From Octopus vulgaris (lineage: Eukaryota), in the NCBI GenBank assembly GCA_951406725.2, contig OX597819.1, positions 46,562,001-46,626,000 of the forward strand: 64,000 nt of DNA, read 5' to 3'. Numbering within the stretch: position 1 is the first letter of the stretch; each line of letters starts with the position of its first letter. Position numbers and translations under genes: made by a program. This document shows positions 55,290 through 64,000 of the stretch, in pieces. The notes under the pieces are model-generated. The model saw only the letters and a program-made list of their open reading frames with translations, was not told the DNA's origin and did not search any database.

Positions 55290-56075
55290 CAGGACCAGGT
55301 GGTAGTGCAATTACAGTGCAATCTATGTTAGATCTGAGAATCCATATGAGCAATGATGCAACATTCCATCTGCATATTACTAAGATGTCAACACTATCCA
55401 GGCGAGTAGCTGCTTGTATTCTGAGATCATTCAGAACCAAGAAAAAGGTTACTACACCATTCATACGGAGAACATTCGTTCTCAGTTACCTAGATTGCTG
55501 CTCTCAACTATTGTCACCACGGATCGTTAAACCAACAGCGGAACTAGAATCATTCCAAAATCACAGTGAAGACTGACTTAGTACAAAAGATGAACTACTA
55601 AGAGAGGTTAAAGGAACTGAGACTCTACTACTATGAGAGGAGACTCGAAATATATGCAATGATATAAATATGGAAGATCCTAGAACGTCGAGCTTCTAAT
55701 TTTGGGATATAAAGCAATATCAAACACCAAATTGGATTGCGCTCCATTGTACCAAAGATCCCATTTTTTACATCTAGAATAAGGACCCACTACGGTAACA
55801 GCTTAGGTTTCAGGGTCCACAACTTTTCAACATTCTGCCTAACAATTTCAGAGGTCTGCAAGTTGTAGTTGTGTAAGTGTTCAAAGAAGGTTTGGACAAA
55901 CTTTAATCTAACATATCTGATGAACTCACATCATGGCAAGAACCACAACCAAGAGCAGTCCTGTCCAATCCGTTACTTCACCAGAAACAATTCTGGAAAG
56001 AATCAATCACACTAAAGACGGTGCCTTAGCATGGCATGAGCTTCAAGGGTTGAAGCAAGTAAAAGATATAAGATA
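55290..56075 (+). pseudogene. Decayed CR1/L2-group LINE 3' end (different family from 57071)
   Basis: DLRIHMSNDATFHLHI...ILRSFRT...LDCCSQLLSP...ELE; NY*ERLKELRLY..ERR.E.YAMI.IWKILE; 3'UTR ends CTAAAGACGGTGCCTTAGCATGGC...AAGTAAAAGA. Confidence 0.8.
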
Positions 56076-56079
56076 TATC

Positions 56080-56640
56080 GAAGAGGAAAAGGAGTACGTC
56101 TACTTATAGCATCCCGTTGTTATGCGCCGAAATATGGCTGCTGAAATCTGGAAAAGAATAAGGGCAGGAGGGGGGCATTTAATTCAATAAAGGATGCGCT
56201 CCAAACGAAATTTGTTAATGCCATACGTGCCAGACTCTTCAATAGTACTTCCAATTTGTGTTCTTGCATGTAAGTGAAACGTGGACTTCTACGAAGAAGA
56301 TAGAAAATCTATCGGCTACGATGCTAAGAGTCATGGAAAGATCCATGCTAAGAGAATCTCTAAAAAAGCACATTTGAAATGAGATCATTCGAGAACGGAG
56401 CGGAGTGAACGATGTGATCGCAGAATACCGACAATAAAAGTTCCGTTGGGACGGACATATCCACAAGATTCACAGGACAACAGCTGGACTCGGAAAGTTG
56501 CTAAGTGGTATCCAAGAGATTGGAAAAGGCTACATGGAAGACCTCCACGGCGATAGCAAGACGATTTTGTCAAGCAGTTTGGGTCAAGATAGAAAAGAAA
56601 GGCGCAATCAAGACGAAATTGGGAGTGTTTTGTTACCAAC
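56080..56640 (+). pseudogene. RTE-clade LINE C-terminal fragment
   Basis: EYVYL..EIWKRIRAG..RARLFNST..SETWT..MERSML..NEIIRERSGVNDVI..KFRWDGHI..WYPRDWKRLHGRPPRR. Confidence 0.8.
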
Positions 56641-56987
56641 GGTGTATAACAGCGTCTGGTGGTTTGGTTGATACTGTGGTGATCTATATAATGTTTGAAT
56701 AGAATATATATATAAGAAGTCAACACAAAAGTGCTCAATCTCATGAGAGTCTATTAGTATATACTTATATAGGTCTTTTCATCACTAAATATGTTTAATA
56801 GTAATAATATATATTTGATTGTAATATTGAACCCCGCATACTTTATTTACTATTATACTTATAAGGTTATAGTCCTGTCTTAAAAGTAAATTAATTGTCA
56901 TTCGATCAATGAATTATCGAGAATGGATCTCCCAAAGCATGAACACTACAGGTTTAAACATTATTTGAACGATTCGCCATAAGCGAA

Positions 56988-59900
56988 TTAGTTAGTTAGT
57001 TAGTTAATTTGGCTCAAAAGCAAATAGCAAGGCCATGTAGGGGGACATGGAGTTAAGTACAGGGTGGTGTTCATGTAAAGAGTTCAGGCCACTTGAGGTC
57101 AAGGGAGGCTTTGAACAAAGCGGTCGTCGGCATCTTCACCATCTCGTCTGGCAGCTTGTTCCACGGATCCGCAACCCGGACGGAGAAAGCTCCTCTCCTT
57201 CGATTGAGATGAAATCGTCGCAGGTAGAGCTTTTCGGAATGACCCCGCAGCCGACGCTCTGGAGCAGGAGTGAAGAACAGCTCTTTCGAGAGGTTACACT
57301 TTCCGCTTATGATGTTGTGGGCGAGAATGAGATCACCACGGCGGCGGCGTTTTTCAAGAGAATAAAGGTCGAGCGTCCTCAGCCTTTCTTCGTAGGACAA
57401 ATTTTTGAGACCATGAACCATGCGGGTAGCCAGCTTCTGGACTCTTTCGAGATGCTGTATGTCTTTGAGGAGATAAGGAGAAGAGGCTTGAATCCCGTAC
57501 TCCAATATGGGTCTCACCAACGTGACATAGAGTGGTAGGAATATGGCTGCTGTGAGCATTCCGAATGACCGTCGAATCAAGAACAGAATTCCGCGTGCTT
57601 TGTTGGCAGCATGGACGCACTGGGCCGAAGGCGAAAAGGAGGAATCCACCAAGATACCCAGGTCCTTTACCTGATCGGTCCTCTCCAGCAGCAGACGACC
57701 CGGCTCGAAATCAAGTTGAGTTGCAGGAGGGGAGCCAACAGGCAGATGACAGCACTTTGACACGTTCAGACACAGGTCCCATTCGTTAGACCACTTCCAA
57801 ATTTGGTGGAGGCATCGACGAAGATCCTCTATATCACCGCGAGGAGCGACCAGTTTGATATCGTCGGCAAATAGAAGGGTGTGTTGCGTGAGGTCGTCGG
57901 GCAAGTCATTTATGAAGACTAAGAACAATAAGGGCCCAAGCACTGAACCTTGAGGCACGCCACTGCTCGCACTGGAGACGTCGGACCGCGAACCATTAAC
58001 TTGGACTTGGAAGGAGCGATCTGAGAGGAAGGCACCAACCCATCGTACAATATCCGGATGGAAACTATATGCTTGAAGCTTGACAAGTAATAGGCGGTGG
58101 TTTACCGAGTCAAAAGCTTTGGCAAAGTCCAATAAAACGATGTCAACAGCATCACTATCATCGAGGATGCGCGTCACCAATTCTTCCATTACCAGTAAGT
58201 TTGTCAAGCATGATCTCTTCGGCACGAAGCCGTGTTGGGAATCAGAGATAGAGGCTGTGTTTTGGAGGTGGAGCATCATACTTTTCTTAAGGATGGTTTC
58301 GAACATCTTGCTGATTATTGATGTAAGGGAAACCGGTCGGTAGTTAAGCGGGTCTTCGCGGCTCCCTTTCTTGAAAATTGGGCAGATTATCGCTGTCCTC
58401 CAGTCCGCAGGTATAACACCCGTCGCCAATGACATATTGAATAGACGTGTTAAGGGCTCGCAGACGACCGGAGCCAACGCTTTGATAACCCGTGGGTGTA
58501 TGCCGTCAGGGCCGTGACCCTTGTTGACATCGAGGCCTTGAATAACACGTTTGACTTCGTCCCGCGTGATGACCAATCGAAGCATTGGAGGTACCGATCT
58601 ATCAAATGGAGGGGGTTCACGACCATCATCTTGTTTGAAAATAGTTGAAAAAGCCTCGGCAAATAATTGACTCTGTTGATAAGGGTCCTCAATCGATACG
58701 CCTGTTGAGTCTACCAACGTTGCAATCTGGTTGTTCAAGCGGGAATTCCGTTGGACATGGGCAAAGAAGGTTTTTGGATTGCTACTGGCATTTGCCGCGA
58801 TTTTGTATTCATAACTGAAGCGTTCTTCCTTTTCAATTTTCACGTTTCGGTCTCGTTGAGTTTTGTACACCTCAAAAGCTGCAGTCGAATCCAGATTTTT
58901 TAATTCACCCCAAGCAATATCTCTGAGACGACGTTCTCGTTTAACCTTCTTCGTCACCCAGGGCTTGTGTTTCTTCTTCTTGGGAAGCCCAACGGGAACT
59001 GCCTGGTCAGTCAACCAGATTACATATGCTTTGAGGGATGACCATAGTTCGTCAACTGAGGACAACGTCATCAGGGATCGCCAGTCCAGAAGCGCGGAAG
59101 CCTCGGTTAGAATTTCAAGATTAATTGCAGAGAAGACTCTCCGTGGCAGCGAAGTAGTCGTGGGCGTAGAAAAAGTTGTGTGCATGACGAACTTCAGGAC
59201 CGCATGATCATTCTTGGCAAGAGGGGCGCACACAGATACGTCTGACACTGATCTTGGATAGCGGGAGAATACCAGATCCAGCATAGATGGCTGCTGCCCA
59301 GACCGATACCTTGTCGGATATTCAACATGTTGCGATAGAAAACAATCTTCAGCCACGTCAAGAAGGGCCTGGCCGAACCGGGAAGATGTTGTACAAATTG
59401 ATGCGGGCCAATCGATCGTGGGAGCGTTGAAGTCTCCTAGTACCAAACAGTCATGCGAAGCTGAAACGAATCTTATCGCTTCGAGTAAATGAGCATCGTC
59501 CTGGGGGTCGGCAAGAGGCGGCCTGTAGACAGCTAACACGGGCAGGCAAAACTCGGATAGGCTCAGCTTGCAATAGACGGCATCGAATTTTGTTGTAGGT
59601 TGAGCATTAGTGGGTAGAATACCGCTGGACGGTTTGTGCTCAGATTTAACATACACAGCAACACCTCCACCTCGCCTTTTTTCTCTGTCACATCTGAAAA
59701 GGACGTAGCCCTGCAGGTGAATTTCTGAGTCCTTTACTGCTGGAGTCAGCCAAGTCTCGGTGATAGCTATCACATCAGGGGAGTAACGTATGGCCAGTGT
59801 AAATAGTTCGCTGAACTTTGGGAATAAGGAGCACGAGTTGGTATAGACGATGCTGAGCTGTGAAGTTTGAGGGGCGGGAGTTGGGGAACAAGCAGAATAA

Positions 59901-60004
59901 GGGGTATCAGAGATAGCATCGTTGATGGGGGTATCAACTTCACTTAGTAATTCGCCTGAGAATCGTACACATGTGTGCGTAAAACCAATGGTAGCAGATA
60001 CAGG
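56988..60004 (-). mobile_element. 5'-truncated young CR1-group LINE with (TAAC)n tail
   Basis: ORF2, then a ~60 nt 3'UTR with hairpin CCATGT-N6-ACATGG (57033-57050), then a short tandem tail (TAAC)4-5 at 56988-57007. Visibly GC-richer than its flanks. No ORF1 seen; 5' boundary approximate. Confidence 0.9.
57071..59773 (-). CDS. Intact CR1-group non-LTR retrotransposon ORF2 (APE endonuclease + reverse transcriptase)
   Basis: 900 aa with no stops. APE motifs ETWL, VYRPP, GDFN, LDLVF, NDH. RT motifs GPDGI, YRPVSLTS, QHGF, DFAKAFDSV, GVPQGSVLGP, FADD, KDLG. CR1-type C-terminus LSYEERL..L.LYSLE.RR.RGDLI. The frame stays open upstream to 60004 (IVYTNSCSL...PDVIAITETW) with no ATG. Confidence 0.96.
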   Translation of the reverse strand: MIAITETWLTPAVKDSEIHLQGYVLFRCDREKRRGGGVAVYVKSEHKPSSGILPTNAQPTTKFDAVYCKLSLSEFCLPVLAVYRPPLADPQDDAHLLEAIRFVSASHDCLVLGDFNAPTIDWPASICTTSSRFGQALLDVAEDCFLSQHVEYPTRYRSGQQPSMLDLVFSRYPRSVSDVSVCAPLAKNDHAVLKFVMHTTFSTPTTTSLPRRVFSAINLEILTEASALLDWRSLMTLSSVDELWSSLKAYVIWLTDQAVPVGLPKKKKHKPWVTKKVKRERRLRDIAWGELKNLDSTAAFEVYKTQRDRNVKIEKEERFSYEYKIAANASSNPKTFFAHVQRNSRLNNQIATLVDSTGVSIEDPYQQSQLFAEAFSTIFKQDDGREPPPFDRSVPPMLRLVITRDEVKRVIQGLDVNKGHGPDGIHPRVIKALAPVVCEPLTRLFNMSLATGVIPADWRTAIICPIFKKGSREDPLNYRPVSLTSIISKMFETILKKSMMLHLQNTASISDSQHGFVPKRSCLTNLLVMEELVTRILDDSDAVDIVLLDFAKAFDSVNHRLLLVKLQAYSFHPDIVRWVGAFLSDRSFQVQVNGSRSDVSSASSGVPQGSVLGPLLFLVFINDLPDDLTQHTLLFADDIKLVAPRGDIEDLRRCLHQIWKWSNEWDLCLNVSKCCHLPVGSPPATQLDFEPGRLLLERTDQVKDLGILVDSSFSPSAQCVHAANKARGILFLIRRSFGMLTAAIFLPLYVTLVRPILEYGIQASSPYLLKDIQHLERVQKLATRMVHGLKNLSYEERLRTLDLYSLEKRRRRGDLILAHNIISGKCNLSKELFFTPAPERRLRGHSEKLYLRRFHLNRRRGAFSVRVADPWNKLPDEMVKMPTTALFKASLDLKWPELFT

Positions 60005-60691
60005 TCAGAAAATAGGAATTCTATTACTGTGTATATAAATCGAAGTAAGTAGCAATCTGTAACAGGATATGAGTATACTTTTGAAAAAAAAAATTGCTGA
60101 AAAGTATTATAACAATACTAATGAGATCATTTAAGTCTGTATAAAACAACGAATAAATGTTTTAAAAGGCTTTACCTATTTATCTACTCACGAAATAGTT
60201 ATAATATTGTACGTGGCTGAAGAATATCTTTGTCCTAAATTTTCATTTGCTATCAAGTCTTTGTTTTTTTTTCACTCTGTATCTTCCAGATATTTTGGCG
60301 CAGCTCATAAAAGATCTAGCGACGATGTTTTTTTTACGAGAAAACAAAAAGTTACACATTACTTATATAAAACATTAAAAATAATTTTAACAACAATAGA
60401 TTCTTCAAGGGAGAATAATATGCAAGTGTTGTTGTGAATAAAATTTGATTTATCGCAGTGAAGAACACTTGTGTTTACTGACAAAAATATACAACATTAA
60501 AGTTAACTAACAAAAGAGAAAACATGTACAGACATTGCTTTTCTAGTCTTACATCACTAGAATCCAAAATATAGATTAATATTTATTGATATCTTTTATA
60601 GAAGATGGTATATTTAACCCTGGAGTAAAATACAACTTATTAACCTTTCAATAATAGGATACCTGGTCAACAATTTAAGTCGATTAAACCA

Positions 60692-60878
<187 letters not shown>

Positions 60879-61218
60879 TCCTCGGATTCAGACAGTTCGA
60901 AGAACCGTGAAAATATTTATGACTTTCCACAAGGCGATGGCGTGGATAAGTAGTCGTATTAATAGTATTAACAAAAGAAATATTGTCATTTGGTTATTGA
61001 CTGTCTCTTATCTCGTTGAAAAATATTGAAATAAATATTAATGAGATCGTACGTACAGATTCAACAGGAGAATGTATTAGTTTGCTTAAGGTATTCTTGT
61101 CTCTAGATGATTCACATAACACATTGAACTCTAACTTCATAATTTTTCTGTCTGTCTTTCCATCTCTCCTCCCCATCCACCTCTCTCTCTTTCTCCCTCT
61201 ATTTCTCTCTCACTCTCC

Positions 61219-61312
<94 letters not shown>

Positions 61313-61510
61313 GACATATACATATATATAGTATATATAATATATATATATATATGTGTGAGTGTGTATATATGTACATACATACGCATATATAATACGT
61401 ATGTTTAATATATGTTTCTGTGGGTATATGTGTATCTGATATGGATATATATGCGTGTGTATATCTCTGCGTATCTACATCTGCGTGCGTGCATTATGAG
61501 TATTGTACAA

Positions 61511-61554
<44 letters not shown>

Positions 61555-61678
61555 ATAGATAGATAGATAGATAGATAGATCCGTGTGTTTTTGTGTGCAT
61601 GTGAGTGTGTGTATTTATATACGTAGATGTATATATACTTATATATATGTATATTTTTATGTATATATGTTTATATGC

Positions 61679-61738
<60 letters not shown>

Positions 61739-62218
61739 GTATGTATGTATTTATGTATGTATATGTGTATGTGGTGTATTTGTATGTATGTATGCATATT
61801 CTGTTTAATTCATATAAATTATCGTGGCAAAAAAATGTTCTACTCTTTTTTGTACAAGTCTAAGCCCCTTGGCTACTGAAGATAAGGTCGGACAATTGTC
61901 GTGCTAATGAGTGTTACTGAGCCAGAAACATTGTATGCATGACAGTTTTCTTATCTACAGACAATAAACGTGTCCATTTTCTCATTTTCTCAATGACACG
62001 TCAGTTTTTGAGAATTATTTCATTTTTTAAAATTATCTCCCCTTCTCATGTGGAGATGTGCTTAATCGCAAATTCAAATTGCGAATTTATTTTGTATGGT
62101 AAGCAATATATCTGAAATTGTCTATGTTGTACAAAAATATGCGATTGGTCAGAGTTATTTCTCTTAGTATATTTATATATATATATTCACCCGTGTGGTT
62201 CCTTACAACTTTACTTTG

Positions 62219-62261
<43 letters not shown>

Positions 62262-62349
62262 CATACATACATACATACATACATACATACATACATACAT
62301 ACATACATACATAACACATACTTATATAGTTATATATACATACATGCAT

Positions 62350-62382
<33 letters not shown>

Positions 62383-62384
<2 letters not shown>

Positions 62385-62589
62385 CCAGGGTTGCTGAAAG
62401 GTTCCTGACTTTGGGTAAAAGTAAATGCAGGAATTATTAGTTAATTATGATTTTATTCAGCATATACCTCTCATTGCAGGGGTTCCTCAGTTTTTATAAG
62501 CCCTGTGAAAGAACTCGGGAGGTTAGGCCTCCAGTCAGGCCTTTCGCGATACCCTCAAAGCCAGGGAATTTTCGGCTCCCCCACTCGTA
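62383..62589. mobile_element. Mariner-type MITE
   Basis: Imperfect TIRs TACCAGGGTTGCTGAAAGGTTCCTGACTTTG / CAAAGCCAGGGAATTTTCGGCTCCCCCACTCGTA, TA-flanked. Confidence 0.65.
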
Positions 62590-62599
62590 TGTATGTATG

Positions 62600-62659
<60 letters not shown>

Positions 62660-62738
62660 GGGAGAGAGAGAGACATACATGCAGACAGACATAAATACAT
62701 ATATACATACACACATATGGGGGTTCGTGTAATAAATA

Positions 62739-63500
62739 TACGATGGGTGCCCAAACGAAACCAGAAATTTTACATTATTATTTTATTCACTTTTACATGT
62801 TTACACTTTTATCACCTTCAAAGTATTCTCCATTTGAAGCAATGCAGCGGTCTAGGTGCGTTTTCCACTAGTCGAAGCAGTGCTGGAACTCTTGCGAAAT
62901 GATGCCTCTTAACGCTTCGGTTTTTTTTTTTAATCTTTGCTAAATCTGCAAATTCCGTAGCACCAGCTTTCGTCACTAATGATGACCTTCGAAAAAAGGT
63001 TCGGATCAACTTCCAGTTTTTCTTTGAGTTCACGCCACGCATACAGTCGTGATTGCTTTTTATCTTCCGTGAGCAGACGAGGTACAAATTTTGCTGCAAC
63101 TCCTTTCATTCGAAATTCCCCGCTCAGAATTTGTTGGCAGGAGCTTCAGGACACACTAGTCATATCAACAAGTTCGACATTTGTTCGGTGACGGCCTTCC
63201 AAAATCAGTCCATGAATTTTTATGATGTTTTCATTCGTTCGGGAGGTCGACTGTCGCCTTGAACGAGATTGGTCATTAAGTGACAATTGGCCATTCCTAA
63301 AGGGTGAAAACCTCTCGTAGACTTGTATCTTGCTCATGGCAGCCGGCCCGTATGCTGTCTGAAGTATGACAACTATTTCGGCCGCCATTTTATTCAGTAG
63401 TAAACAGAATTTCGTGGAAGCACGCTGTTCCTTCGTTTCAGCCTTCGAAAAAATTGATACACAGGGGAGAAACACTGCAAAACAAAGACGGATCTCCATC
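62739..63500 (-). mobile_element. Internally deleted mariner element (transposase pseudogene)
   Basis: EQRASTKFC..QTAYG..MSKIQVYE.F..F.NG..SL.DQSRS.R.STSRT.ENI; VAAKFVPRLLT; ISDESWCY; C-terminus LDRCIASNGEYFEG; TIR-like TACGATGGGTGCCCAAACGAAACC at 62739. Confidence 0.87.
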
Positions 63501-63514
63501 GTGTGCAACACAAC

Positions 63515-63892
63515 AGAGTTTGGCTGATGAAGGTGTTACGGTATTGAAAGATTGGCCAGCTCTTGACTTAATTATCAATGAGCAAATGTGGACAAAACTA
63601 AAGAGAAGAGATCGCCAGAGAATCCATGCAATCTTGAAGAATTGTGGGAGCTCATCCGCAGTGAATGGCATCTCATGCCTATGAGGATGGTGATGGATTT
63701 GTACGCATCTCTTCCACGGTGCATTGAAGCATCCATTCGAGCTAAGGGAAGCCAAACGAAATATTAACAATCTACAGTAACTTCTTGAAATGAACGTTAT
63801 GTAATACATTTTCATTATAGGCATTTTTCTGTTTTAAAACATTGTATCTTGTTTGGTTTATGTGAGGAAGACGAAAACTTTTGTACGACCAT
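63515..63892 (+). pseudogene. Tc1-like transposase C-terminal fragment
   Basis: VTVLKDWPA.DL.I.EQMWTKLKR..NLEELWELIRSEW..LYASLPRCIEASIRAKGSQTKY*. Confidence 0.8.
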
Positions 63893-64000
63893 TTTTGGTG
63901 GTCGTCTCGCATCTCCCCCTCTCATTCAGAGCCCCTACTACAAAATAGGATGATTAGGTATGGAAATGACTCCAACAGGGCCAATGTTTCATCTGTAAAA

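Noticed and set aside
56988-57007. Telomeric repeat
   Set aside because: (TTAG)n is not TTAGGG; it is short and positioned as the LINE 3' tail.
57047-59207. Plus-strand and alternate-frame ORFs overlapping the LINE
   Set aside because: Shadow ORFs of a GC-richer coding sequence; no recognisable motifs.

Overview
This is non-coding eukaryotic DNA, not a prokaryotic locus. It is AT-rich and saturated with (TA)n, (TG)n, (TAGA)n, (CATA)n, (GA)n and trinucleotide microsatellites. The repeat landscape suggests a coleoid cephalopod such as Octopus (inference). Almost all ORFs in the supplied track are translated microsatellites, and I cannot confidently call any host gene. The only intact coding sequence is a GC-richer CR1-group LINE ORF2 (APE endonuclease + RT, minus strand, frame open 60004-57071). 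The rest is TE debris: about 14 copies of a tRNA-headed, CORE-like SINE with an internal microsatellite; two other SINE families; R4/Dong-like RLE LINE fragments tied to (CATA)n; RTE and CR1 fragments; two tandem Helitron-like copies; and mariner, Tc1 and hAT remnants. The most striking unexplained pattern is about 14 hammerhead-ribozyme-like motifs. Eight of them sit in four unrelated fold-back elements (170-620 bp) with a shared design: divergent ribozyme copies, a one-sided extension and TA-rich flanks. I interpret these as Penelope-like-element-derived fold-back ribozyme cassettes. Coordinates and alignments were read by eye, so boundaries are approximate.
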